NCBI GenBank assembly: GCA_965199825.1
Contig: OZ241329.1
Coordinates: 1,736,556-1,800,555, forward strand
Length of the DNA stretch: 64,000 bases
Origin: Bdellovibrionales bacterium
GTDB taxonomy: Bacteria > Bdellovibrionota > Bdellovibrionia > Bdellovibrionales > UBA1609
Direction of reading: 5' to 3'
The position numbers were made by a program, and so were the translations under genes. The notes beneath the pieces are model-generated. The model worked only from the letters and a program-made list of their open reading frames with translations, was not told the origin of the DNA and did no database searches. Positions within the stretch are counted from its first letter, which is position 1; each line of letters starts with the position of its first letter. Shown in pieces: positions 42,358 through 50,873 of the stretch.

Positions 42358-42666
42358 ATGTCGCGCTGTGAACTCACAGGAAAAGGTCCAGTAGTAAAAA
42401 ATCTAGTGAGCCATTCCAATATTAAAACAAAAAAGCGAGCGTTGCCTAATGTGCAGCAGAAGCGGGTATTTAGCCGAGTCTTGAATGCGATGGTGGATTT
42501 AAAGCTCGCGGCGAGCACCATTCGAAGCATCGAACATGTTGGTGGTTTGGATACATTCATTTTAAATAGCCAGGAACACACGTTATCAAAACGTGCCCTC
42601 TCAATTCGTGGTCGCATTTTACGTAAAATTAAAAGTTCAAAAGTTGAAAAGGTCACAACCAAATGA
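42358..42666 (+). CDS. rpmB: 50S ribosomal protein L28 (long form, 102 aa)
   Basis: MSRCELTGKGPVVKNLVSHSNIKTKKRALPNVQQKR matches the L28 N-terminus. Start taken at ATG 42358, preceded by GGGGAAG. Confidence 0.9.
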   Translation: MSRCELTGKGPVVKNLVSHSNIKTKKRALPNVQQKRVFSRVLNAMVDLKLAASTIRSIEHVGGLDTFILNSQEHTLSKRALSIRGRILRKIKSSKVEKVTTK

Positions 42667-42929
42667 AGCTCAAAGTAAAAAAAGGCGCAACAGTTGAAGT
42701 TGTTGCCGGTGCCGATAAAGGCAAGCAGGGTAAAGTTCTCGGGATTAATAAATCAAAATTGAAAATCCGAGTTGAAGGCATCAAGGTCATGACCCATTTT
42801 GATAAAAAAGAGGGCCTTCAAAAAAAAGAAGGATTTATCGATTATTCGAATGTGAAGTTGGTGGGTCAGCCTCAAGTTGATAAAAAAAAGCCGGTTAAGA
42901 AAAAATCCACTAGCCGTAAGACAGCCTGA
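42663..42929 (+). CDS. KOW-domain protein, ribosomal protein L24-like (88 aa)
   Basis: ATGA overlap with rpmB. KVKKGATVEVVAGADKGKQGKVLGI...IRVEGIKV...H.DKK...EGFIDYSNVKL follows the L24 pattern (KKGD.V.VIAGKDKGK.GKV...V.VEG.N...KH.K...GGI...E.PI..SNV). Lys-rich tail. Confidence 0.7.
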   Translation: MKLKVKKGATVEVVAGADKGKQGKVLGINKSKLKIRVEGIKVMTHFDKKEGLQKKEGFIDYSNVKLVGQPQVDKKKPVKKKSTSRKTA

Positions 42930-42961
42930 GCATTGTTTTAAATATTTTGCTTTGTTAACAT

Positions 42962-42983
42962 AAAGGGATGCGAGCATCCCTTT
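42962..42983 (+). other. Hairpin downstream of the L24-like gene that overlaps the next start codon
   Basis: AAAGGGATGC-GA-GCATCCCTTT is a perfect 10-nt inverted repeat (effective 8-9 bp stem). The ATG at 42968 lies in the 5' arm. Only a short T tract follows. Confidence 0.4.
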
Positions 42984-43279
42984 ATGCGTTAATGACACTT
43001 TTTATTTTTCAATTTTCGGTTGCCGAGACCGCCACTTACGTTCTTTGTCGCAGTGATAAAACTGTTCGAACTGTGCGGATCGAAGATCATGAAACCGACG
43101 GGGTTTGTCGAACCAAATATACCAAATTGGGTGTAGAACAGACCGTTGCGGTTTCGAAATCAAAAAAATCATGCAATACCGTGCTTGATAATATTCGCTC
43201 AAATCTCGAAAAAGCATCCTGGTCTTGCAAAGACATTAGCTCCTCAAAAATTTCCCAAGATAAAGTTAAATCGGAATGA
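42968..43279 (+). CDS. Hypothetical small secreted protein (103 aa, 4 Cys)
   Basis: Signal peptide MRASLYALMTLFIFQFSVA. ATGA overlap with the downstream hydrolase gene. Confidence 0.5.
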   Translation: MRASLYALMTLFIFQFSVAETATYVLCRSDKTVRTVRIEDHETDGVCRTKYTKLGVEQTVAVSKSKKSCNTVLDNIRSNLEKASWSCKDISSSKISQDKVKSE

Positions 43280-44067
43280 CACTAAAAGTCGCACTGCTCC
43301 AGATGCAGTCGACCGATAATTTAGATTTTAATCTCAAACAAATTTCTGATCTGTTAGTTCGAGTCTCAAATGATGTTGAGCTTGTATGCTTACCCGAGAA
43401 TTGCCTGTTTTTGCGTCTCGGATCCTTGATGCATTTTTTTACTCTAGAAGAGCTCAAGCCTTTGCAAGCCCTGGCTAAAAAATTTAATAAGACTCTTTTA
43501 TTAGGTTCGGTAGCCCTTCACGAAGGTCCAGAACATTTCAATGCGACGGTCAGCGTAGATTCTCAAAAAATAGAAATTGTTTATAAAAAGATTCACCTCT
43601 TTGATGTGGATGTTGAGGGCGAAACGCCACAACGGGAATCGGCACATTTTTCGGCAGGATCACATCCCGCAGTTTTTCAATTTGGGCAATTTCGGTTTGG
43701 ATTGTCGATTTGTTATGATGTGCGATTTGCAGAATTGTATTTGGAATATTCGCGCAGGAACTGCGATGTGCTTCTCGTTCCATCCGCATTTCTGGTTACC
43801 ACTGGAGAGCGGCATTGGCATATTCTTTTGCGAGCGAGGGCGATTGAAAATCAGATGTATGTGCTCGCTTCGGCTCAATCTGGAATCCATAGTTCAAAAA
43901 ATGGCAGTAGAAAAACCTTTGGCCATAGTATGGCTGTAGATCCACAAGGCGAAATCATTTGTGAGGCCCATCGCGAAGGTCCTGAAGTTTTAGAGGTCAC
44001 ATTGAAGCAGAAAGATATAGAGCTTTGCCGTCGAGCTATACCGATGTTTCAGCATCGCCGACTGTAA
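43276..44067 (+). CDS. Carbon-nitrogen hydrolase (nitrilase superfamily, Nit/YbeM-like amidase)
   Basis: Glu-Lys-Cys triad contexts VCLPENC, YKKIHLFD and GLSICYDVRFAE. 263 aa. Confidence 0.88.
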   Translation: MTLKVALLQMQSTDNLDFNLKQISDLLVRVSNDVELVCLPENCLFLRLGSLMHFFTLEELKPLQALAKKFNKTLLLGSVALHEGPEHFNATVSVDSQKIEIVYKKIHLFDVDVEGETPQRESAHFSAGSHPAVFQFGQFRFGLSICYDVRFAELYLEYSRRNCDVLLVPSAFLVTTGERHWHILLRARAIENQMYVLASAQSGIHSSKNGSRKTFGHSMAVDPQGEIICEAHREGPEVLEVTLKQKDIELCRRAIPMFQHRRL

Positions 44068-44125
44068 AAGTCTTTAGCCTCAGGTCCAGTTTAAATTTTT
44101 GCCAGTTGCTCCGATAAAACTAAAC

Positions 44126-44461
44126 ATGATCTCAATCATAATTGTTTTATCTCATTTTGCTCTTGCTGAACCTGCAGTGAAAATCGAAGCTCAACCGATT
44201 ATTGCGGTAGGAAGTGGCGATAAGCCCATCGATACAGAAGCTCCATCACCGATCGCACCTCAATCATTTGATGATTACGACGGTGTGGCCTTAGAACCTT
44301 TTGCTCCTACTGTGGTTGAAAAACAGGCGATGCTCAAAGAGCGAGCCGAGGCCGAAGCCCGAGAAATTGCTTCAAAGGCAGTGGTTCCAAATCGTGCTCC
44401 AGCCTCAACTACCTCAACAGTGTTGCCCAAGAAAAAGAAATCTACTACTGTTCACAAATGA
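44126..44461 (+). CDS. Hypothetical secreted Pro/Ala-rich protein
   Basis: Start taken at MISIIIVLSHFALA (signal peptide). Low-complexity sequence with a basic C-terminus. Confidence 0.45.
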   Translation: MISIIIVLSHFALAEPAVKIEAQPIIAVGSGDKPIDTEAPSPIAPQSFDDYDGVALEPFAPTVVEKQAMLKERAEAEAREIASKAVVPNRAPASTTSTVLPKKKKSTTVHK

Positions 44462-44694
44462 ACAGTGCAGTCCTCTTACTCGTTTTAAATTCTTTTGCGG
44501 TTCCTAATGATCCTGTTCGACAGGATGTTGTTGTTTCGCGCTCCTACCTTGGTGGACCCGATGAAGAAGATCTTCGCGTGCAGCCCCAGGTTGTGCCACC
44601 AATTAGAAAACTCGATGCAAAGTCTATCCAGATTCAGGTTTTAAAAACGTCGGGTAAGGCCGATGCCGTCGAAGAATCTCCTCAGGGAGAATAG
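44458..44694 (+). CDS. Hypothetical small secreted protein (78 aa)
   Basis: ATGA overlap with the upstream gene. Signal-like MNSAVLLLVLNSFA. Its stop directly abuts the next ATG. Confidence 0.4.
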   Translation: MNSAVLLLVLNSFAVPNDPVRQDVVVSRSYLGGPDEEDLRVQPQVVPPIRKLDAKSIQIQVLKTSGKADAVEESPQGE

Positions 44695-45795
44695 ATGGCA
44701 ATATTTCGTGCTTTAACCTCGCAAGGTTTAGTGGATGTCCTGAGCTCCGAACTTAATGATCTTGATGTGAGCGTTAAGAAAAAAGGGGTCAACTGGGTTG
44801 AGTTTGAAGCAAACTGGCTTGGCTGTTTGAGAGTGAATAGTGAATCGAAAATTGCGTCACGGGTGATTTTACCGGTGTTGGATTTTAAGGCTTTCACCGA
44901 AGATGAGCTCTACAACTCAACTTTACGTCACGATTTTACCCAATATATCGATAGCGATCAGACTTTGAGTGTTGCGGCGTCCACTTCTTTTTCTAACATC
45001 CGCGATCAGCGAATGGTTGGTCTCAAAGTTAAAGATGCTATAGTGGATCAGTTTAGAGAAAAAACTGGGAGCCGACCGAGCATTGATCGGCTTTCGCCTG
45101 ATTTAAGAATTTATGTGCGGCTTGTTCATAATTCGGTGTCGATTGCGGTGGACACTTCGGGCCGAAGTCTGTCGGACCGTGGATATCGTATTGAAGCCGG
45201 ACTTGCTCCGCTAAAAGAGAATTTGGCGGCGGGGTTACTAAAAATTGCGGGCTATACTGAAGATGTTTGTTTACTTGATCCAATGTGTGGGTCGGGAACA
45301 TTCTTGATCGAAGCAGCACTTATGGCTTCGGGCCGACGGTTAAGACAAAGGCCTTTTGCTTTACAGAATTTTAAAAAATTTCGAGATCTTAAATATATCA
45401 ATGAAACGCCTATAAATAAAAAGCCATTAAAAATATTTGGTTCCGATTACGATATTGGACTTATTGGGAGAGCAAAAAACAATGCGGAACGCGCGGGTGT
45501 CTCGTCGTTGATTCAATTTGCCAGAACCGATTTCCATAATCTCACCGCACCTGCCGAGACTGGTATTATTATTGTCAATCCTCCCTATGGTGAGCGATTG
45601 TTGAAAAATGAAAATCTTGAATTGCTCTATAAAGATTTTGCCAGCGTTTTAAAGAAATCGTTTAAAGGATGGACGGCTTGGCTGCTCTCTGGAAATCCAG
45701 AATTGACCAAGGCTTTGAGACTCAAAGCCGAGAAGAAATATCTTGTGACCAACGGAGATATTGAGTGTCGATTTTTGGGTTATCCAATAACCTAA
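44695..45795 (+). CDS. THUMP-domain class I SAM-dependent RNA methyltransferase (RlmL N-half / UPF0020 type)
   Basis: N-terminal THUMP-like region. Motif I LDPMCGSGTFLIEA. Motif IV VNPPYGERL. Confidence 0.85.
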   Translation: MAIFRALTSQGLVDVLSSELNDLDVSVKKKGVNWVEFEANWLGCLRVNSESKIASRVILPVLDFKAFTEDELYNSTLRHDFTQYIDSDQTLSVAASTSFSNIRDQRMVGLKVKDAIVDQFREKTGSRPSIDRLSPDLRIYVRLVHNSVSIAVDTSGRSLSDRGYRIEAGLAPLKENLAAGLLKIAGYTEDVCLLDPMCGSGTFLIEAALMASGRRLRQRPFALQNFKKFRDLKYINETPINKKPLKIFGSDYDIGLIGRAKNNAERAGVSSLIQFARTDFHNLTAPAETGIIIVNPPYGERLLKNENLELLYKDFASVLKKSFKGWTAWLLSGNPELTKALRLKAEKKYLVTNGDIECRFLGYPIT

Positions 45796-46157
45796 AATGG
45801 TTTTACAATCGCGAGATAAGCTGCAAAGCCCCCCAAAAATATCACAATAAACCAAATGCCTCGAGCGATCGCCGAAAAACGTGTGATCAAGAGGCTTGAG
45901 ATGCCCATCACAATCCAGATCAAAAATTTGCACCACAGCCATCCGGGCCAAGGAGTTTGAACTTGTGATTTTGCAATCAATCCAAAACCAGCAACAAAAA
46001 TAAGTGTCAGTCCTAAGCCATGAAACATCATGAGCCAAGACCGCATCGGATAAGATTTTGGACCACCTTGAAGTTGATGAAGAAGCAATCCACCAAGAGC
46101 CATAAATAAAGAGAAGATTCCGACTAGATGAAGAATTTTATAAAACTCGTAACTCAT
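45792..46157 (-). CDS. Small integral membrane protein (121 aa, 4 TM)
   Basis: Four hydrophobic helices. 4-nt overlap with the metG stop, so it is co-transcribed with metG. Confidence 0.6.
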   Translation of the reverse strand: MSYEFYKILHLVGIFSLFMALGGLLLHQLQGGPKSYPMRSWLMMFHGLGLTLIFVAGFGLIAKSQVQTPWPGWLWCKFLIWIVMGISSLLITRFSAIARGIWFIVIFLGGFAAYLAIVKPF

Positions 46158-47698
46158 TTTTCAATTCCTTTGTCTTCGATTCGAGGAAATAGAGGTTCTG
46201 GTTTAACAATGGGACTTCCCTCATGCAACACGCGAAAATTATGGGCGTCCTCAAAACTTATTTTTTCAACACCCAAACGTTTGAGCAACTCGGCCATTTT
46301 AAACGGCATGACTGGCGATAATAAAATAGCCGCTATTCTTAAAACCTCCACCGCTGTGGACAACACTCTGCCGGCACCTTGAAGATCGGTTTTGACCATC
46401 TTCCATGGAGCTTGATCCTCGAGATATTTGTTGGCTTCAGAGAGGACCAAAAAAATATCTTCGAGAGCTTTTGATGGATTCATATCGCGAATTGAGATCT
46501 CAACTTTTTTGGCCAAGCTTGATGCCGAGTTGATGAGTTTTTGTGAGGCCTCGTCTTCACCCACCGGATTGGGCATTTTGCTGTCGAAATTTTTTTCTAA
46601 TAGGTTAGTGGTGCGGCTTAATAAATTGCCCATATTGTTTGCCAGATCATTGTTGATTCGCTGGATCACAAGATCTTGTGAGATCGGCGCATCGTTTCCA
46701 AGGTGCACATCACGCACCAAAAAATATCGTAAGCCCTCGGCACCCACCACATCTTTGAGTTGCAGAGGATCAATAGTTTGGCCACTGGACTTGCTCATCT
46801 TATTGAGATCTTTGTTAAGAATCCAACCGTGCGCCAAAATCTGTTTTGGTAAGGGAAGATCGAGCGCCATCAATAGCGTAATCCAGTAAACAGAATGAGT
46901 TGTTAAGATATCTTTGCCGATCAGATGATGGGGCTTTGCCTCAAGCCACCACTTTTTAAACATCTCAGATTTTTCGGGCTGCTGATATCCGACGGCGGTT
47001 GCATAATTCAAAAGTGCATCGACCCAAACGTAAGTGACATAATCGGCATCAAAGGGAAATTCGATCCCCCAGCTCATTCGGGCTTTGGGCCTTGAGATAC
47101 AGAGATCGCCCAGGGGTTGCCTCAAAAATCCCAACACTTCATTGCGGCGAGAGTCGGGTTGGATAAATTTTGGGTTCTGCTCGATATAATCAATTAAGCG
47201 GGTTTGATACTGCGACATTTTAAAAAAATAATTTTTTTCGCGAATGCGCGTGACGTCTTTGCCGGTGGGACTTTTGCCATCAACAATTTCTTTATCGGTA
47301 TAAAAAATTTCGTCTGAAACCGAATACCAGCCTTCATACTCGGCAGCATAAATTTGGTCTTTGTCGAACAGCTCTTGAAGTGCGGCTTGCACGGCCGTTT
47401 TATGAAACTCATCGGTAGTGCGAAAAAAATGATCGTAATCAATATGGAGTTCACTCCATGCGCGTTTAAAATTCTGCACCATATCATCGCAATGCGCCTT
47501 GGGAGTTAGGCCACGGGCGGCTGCTGCTTGAGCACACTTTTGTCCATGCTCATCGGTACCCGTTAAAAAATAAGTCTCGTCACCAAACAGCCGATGGTAG
47601 CGGATGAGGACATCGGCGGTGATTGTGGAATAGGCCGTACCCACATGCGGTCGATCGTTGACGTAGTAAATAGGTGTGGTGAGATAAAATTGATTCAT
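46154..47698 (-). CDS. metG: Methionine--tRNA ligase (short form without the C-terminal tRNA-binding domain)
   Basis: Start taken at MNQFYLTTPIYYVNDRPHVGTAY (HIGH-type motif). KMSKS present (LNKMSKSSGQ). No Zn-knuckle Cys clusters. Confidence 0.93.
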   Translation of the reverse strand: MNQFYLTTPIYYVNDRPHVGTAYSTITADVLIRYHRLFGDETYFLTGTDEHGQKCAQAAAARGLTPKAHCDDMVQNFKRAWSELHIDYDHFFRTTDEFHKTAVQAALQELFDKDQIYAAEYEGWYSVSDEIFYTDKEIVDGKSPTGKDVTRIREKNYFFKMSQYQTRLIDYIEQNPKFIQPDSRRNEVLGFLRQPLGDLCISRPKARMSWGIEFPFDADYVTYVWVDALLNYATAVGYQQPEKSEMFKKWWLEAKPHHLIGKDILTTHSVYWITLLMALDLPLPKQILAHGWILNKDLNKMSKSSGQTIDPLQLKDVVGAEGLRYFLVRDVHLGNDAPISQDLVIQRINNDLANNMGNLLSRTTNLLEKNFDSKMPNPVGEDEASQKLINSASSLAKKVEISIRDMNPSKALEDIFLVLSEANKYLEDQAPWKMVKTDLQGAGRVLSTAVEVLRIAAILLSPVMPFKMAELLKRLGVEKISFEDAHNFRVLHEGSPIVKPEPLFPRIEDKGIEK

Positions 47699-47827
47699 GT
47701 CATTATCTTTACGCAATCTCAAACGCCGCGGTCACTTGTTTTATTTAGACTCTACCTTCAGTCGACATGCGTATAGAAAATGTTTGCAAACAGCGATATA
47801 AATTCTTGTTAAAGAGGGAGGTTTAAA

Positions 47828-48226
47828 TTGGCAAAATCCGCAAAGAAAAGTTTGAGTCCAAAAGTGGCGAGAATTAAAATACCAAAAGCTGGCATAAAAT
47901 CTAAGGCTGCATCGCCAAGCAAAACCAAAGCATCTGTTTCGGTTAAACCAAAAACTCAAAAAATATCGAAGGTGATTCCGGTCCGTTCAGAAATGGGTGG
48001 CGTAGTCTCGTCCTCTAAACTGTCACAAAAATGGTCTGCACTTTTTAAAAAATCCTCTGATGTTGAAACTTTGGATTATTCGATTGTTGGAAAGTATGAA
48101 CCCAAAACTGCTCTGCTTCATAAAACTCTTGGATGGGGGTATGTGCTTTCAAATCGCAACGATCGTCTAGAAGTCCTGTTTCAAGATGGCATTAAATATT
48201 TGATATCAAATTATAAGCGTGACTAG
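47828..48226 (+). CDS. Hypothetical basic protein: Lys/Ala/Ser/Pro-rich N-terminus plus a small globular C-domain (132 aa)
   Basis: TTG start preceded by AGAGGGAGG. N-terminal 45 aa is AKSAKKSLSPKVARIKIPKAGIKSKAASPSKTKASVSVKPKTQK (histone-H1-like composition). C-terminal ...LGWGYVLSNRNDRLEVLFQDGIKYLISNY. Confidence 0.55.
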   Translation: MAKSAKKSLSPKVARIKIPKAGIKSKAASPSKTKASVSVKPKTQKISKVIPVRSEMGGVVSSSKLSQKWSALFKKSSDVETLDYSIVGKYEPKTALLHKTLGWGYVLSNRNDRLEVLFQDGIKYLISNYKRD

Positions 48227-48273
48227 AATGATGTCATCGGTTAACCCCAGATCAAAACCTTTAAGGACTATTC

Positions 48274-48492
48274 ATGGCGAAGGATGATCTGGCTCAGGTC
48301 GAAGGCAAAGTTGTCGACGCAGGAGCTGGTGGACTGTATAAAATTAAATTGGATAACGAAATCGAAATCTCGGCAAAACTCTGCGGAAAGATGCGACGTT
48401 TTAATATCCGAGTTGTAGTTGGTGATCGAGTGACGGTGGGCGTATCGCCCTATGATCCTACCCATGGTTTGATCATGTATCGACATAAGTAG
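48274..48492 (+). CDS. infA: Translation initiation factor IF-1
   Basis: 72 aa S1-like fold. VEGKVV...YKIKLDNEIEISAKLCGKMRRFNIRVVVGDRVTVGVSPYDPTHGLIMYRHK. Confidence 0.95.
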   Translation: MAKDDLAQVEGKVVDAGAGGLYKIKLDNEIEISAKLCGKMRRFNIRVVVGDRVTVGVSPYDPTHGLIMYRHK

Positions 48493-48500
48493 AAAGGTCT

Positions 48501-50873
48501 ATGAGTTCTCCAGCAATCTCCGACGCTTTTAAATCCTATCTTGCCTCTAAAGTGGGTTCGTTACCCGACCGGTCCTTGCAAGCGGTCTTAGACCTCAATG
48601 CTGAGGGCAATACCGTGCCGTTTATGGCGCGCTATCGAAAAGAAAAAACCGGAAATTTAGACGAAGTTCAGATTCGTGCGGTGATCGATGGCTTTGCCGA
48701 CTTTAACGAATTAACCAAACGAAGACAGTTTGTATTAAGCGAAATCGAAAAACAGGGAAATCTCACCGCCGAAATCAAAAAGCGTTTAGATACTGCCCAA
48801 GATCTTTCGAGTGTTGAAGAAATCTATCGCCCATTTAAACGAAAGAAAAAAACCAAGGCAACTCTTGCACGCGAAGCAGGTCTTGGACCCTTTGCCGACT
48901 GGCTGTGGTCGTTAAGCCATGGTGAAATTGAAGATGAAACAAGTCTTGAGGTCAAAGCCAAAGGATTTATTAATCCAGCACTTGGTTTTGTGATTTATGA
49001 TGAAATCCTGCAAGGTGCACAAAATATTATAGTTGAAAAATTATCGAATATGCCTGAGCTCCGATCGCTTGTTCGCGATGAGTTTTCAAAAAATGGCAAA
49101 TTGGTTTCTGAAAAAACCAAAGACTATAAGCCTCATTCCAAATACGAAACCTATGCCGAATATTCTGAACCTATTAAAAATCTTTTTAATAAAAAAGCCT
49201 CACATCGTTACTTGGCGGTCAGGCGAGGTTGGCAAGAGGGGGAACTCAAAGTTTCGCTTCAAGCTGATGAAGCTAAGTTAATCAAAAATTTTGAGATAGT
49301 TTGTATTTCAAAGCCTTCACAAGCCGACAACTTTTTTAAGAGTGCGGCAAAAATCGCATTAAGCGTTCATGTCATCCCTTCGATTTCAAATGAGATTCAT
49401 TCGGCTTTGAAAGAAAAAGCGGATGAAGATGCCATTGGAGTTTTTGCCGAGAATGTACGGCGAGTTCTGATGGGATCGCCCTTTGGGGCCCGCACAATAT
49501 TGGGAGTTGATCCCGGTTTGCGAACGGGTTGTAAAGTTGCTCTTGTGGACCGCAATGGTCACTTTGTTTCAAACACGGTGGTCCAAATTCTTGGAGAAGA
49601 CGCTAAAGAAAAAGCCAAAAAACTTTTTGAAGATGTGTTTCGCCAAGTCAAGATCGATGCGGTGGCCGTCGGTAATGGAACCGCTGGTCGCGAAACCGAA
49701 AAATTCTTTCGCGATATTTTAAAAGACCTTGGTGTTGAAACACCGGTGGTGATGGTCAATGAGTCGGGTGCGAGTGTGTACTCGGCCTCTGAAGTTGCTC
49801 GCGACGAATTTCCTGAATTAGATTTAACCGTTCGTGGTGCGATCTCGATTGCTCGCCGACTGCAAGATCCGCTTTCGGAATTGGTCAAAATTGAGCCAAA
49901 GAGTATTGGGGTTGGACAGTATCAACACGATGTTGCTCAAAATCCTCTTAAAAAGAGTTTGCACGCGGTGGTCGAGAGTTGTGTCAACCAGGTGGGTGTG
50001 GACCTCAACACCGCTTCAGAATCCCTACTTCAATATATTTCGGGAATTGGACCTGCCACTGCTCGAAACATTGTTAACTTTCGAAAAGAAAAAGGATTGT
50101 TTCAAGAGCGATCCGATCTTTTAAAGGTTTCACAGTTTTCGACAAAAGTTTTTGAGCAAGCTGCCGGGTTTTTAAGAATTCTTGGTGGCAAATTTTCGCT
50201 CGATTCGACAGGAGTCCATCCTGAGCGTTATGCGGCTTTAAGAGATATGGCGCATGAACTGAATATTCCGCTTCCACAATTGATTGGACCTGGCAGTTCA
50301 AAACTTTTAGCAATCAAAGAAAAATGGTCGCAGCTCCTTGGTGAATTTACCTTTCAAGATATCGTTAAAGAACTTGAAAAACCGGGACGCGATCCGCGTG
50401 ATCCATTTCAAATTTTTAAATTTCGCGAAGATATTCATGAACTCAAAGATTTAAAGAGTGGAATGATTTGTCCAGGGCTTGTGACCAATGTCACCAACTT
50501 TGGGGCCTTCGTCGATATTGGCGTTCATCAAGATGGCTTGGTTCATATTTCGGAATTGTCCGAAAAATTTGTCGAAGATCCACGTTTGGTTGTTCATCCT
50601 GGTACACAAGTTCAGGTTCGAATTTTAAATGTCGATATGGCCAAAAGTCAGATTGCGCTTTCGATGCGGCTTGAAGAGCGGCCTAAAGTTGTTGCTGAGC
50701 CACGTCCACGACCTCAGCCACAAAGCCAGCAGCGTCCACAAAGACCCCAACAACGGGCGCAACAACAACAGCAGCAGCAACGACCCCAACAAAGACCTCA
50801 GCAGCAGCGCGAGCGTATAGCAAAACCTCTTTTTAATAATCCGTTTGCGGCACTGACCAATATCAAAAAGTAG
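48501..50873 (+). CDS. tex: Tex-like transcription accessory protein (YqgF/HHH/S1 domains) with a Gln/Pro/Arg-rich tail
   Basis: N-terminal NTVPFMARYRKEKTGNLDE, a YqgF-like region (LGVDPGLRTGCKVALVD), HhH motifs, and an S1 domain (GLVTNVTNFGAFVDIGVHQDGLVHISE). Confidence 0.92.
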   Translation: MSSPAISDAFKSYLASKVGSLPDRSLQAVLDLNAEGNTVPFMARYRKEKTGNLDEVQIRAVIDGFADFNELTKRRQFVLSEIEKQGNLTAEIKKRLDTAQDLSSVEEIYRPFKRKKKTKATLAREAGLGPFADWLWSLSHGEIEDETSLEVKAKGFINPALGFVIYDEILQGAQNIIVEKLSNMPELRSLVRDEFSKNGKLVSEKTKDYKPHSKYETYAEYSEPIKNLFNKKASHRYLAVRRGWQEGELKVSLQADEAKLIKNFEIVCISKPSQADNFFKSAAKIALSVHVIPSISNEIHSALKEKADEDAIGVFAENVRRVLMGSPFGARTILGVDPGLRTGCKVALVDRNGHFVSNTVVQILGEDAKEKAKKLFEDVFRQVKIDAVAVGNGTAGRETEKFFRDILKDLGVETPVVMVNESGASVYSASEVARDEFPELDLTVRGAISIARRLQDPLSELVKIEPKSIGVGQYQHDVAQNPLKKSLHAVVESCVNQVGVDLNTASESLLQYISGIGPATARNIVNFRKEKGLFQERSDLLKVSQFSTKVFEQAAGFLRILGGKFSLDSTGVHPERYAALRDMAHELNIPLPQLIGPGSSKLLAIKEKWSQLLGEFTFQDIVKELEKPGRDPRDPFQIFKFREDIHELKDLKSGMICPGLVTNVTNFGAFVDIGVHQDGLVHISELSEKFVEDPRLVVHPGTQVQVRILNVDMAKSQIALSMRLEERPKVVAEPRPRPQPQSQQRPQRPQQRAQQQQQQQRPQQRPQQQRERIAKPLFNNPFAALTNIKK
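50698..50811 (+). repeat. Low-complexity CAA/CAG/CCN-rich coding tract (Q/P/R-rich tail of Tex)
   Basis: Encodes EPRPRPQPQSQQRPQRPQQRAQQQQQQQRPQQRPQQQR, with an imperfect RPQQ-type periodicity. Confidence 0.8.

Noticed and set aside
46428-46889. A 153-aa ORF runs antisense to metG.
   Set aside because: It is fully embedded opposite a confidently identified, motif-rich CDS. Its Ser/Arg/Leu-rich composition is typical of antisense frames, and it has no RBS or recognisable motif.
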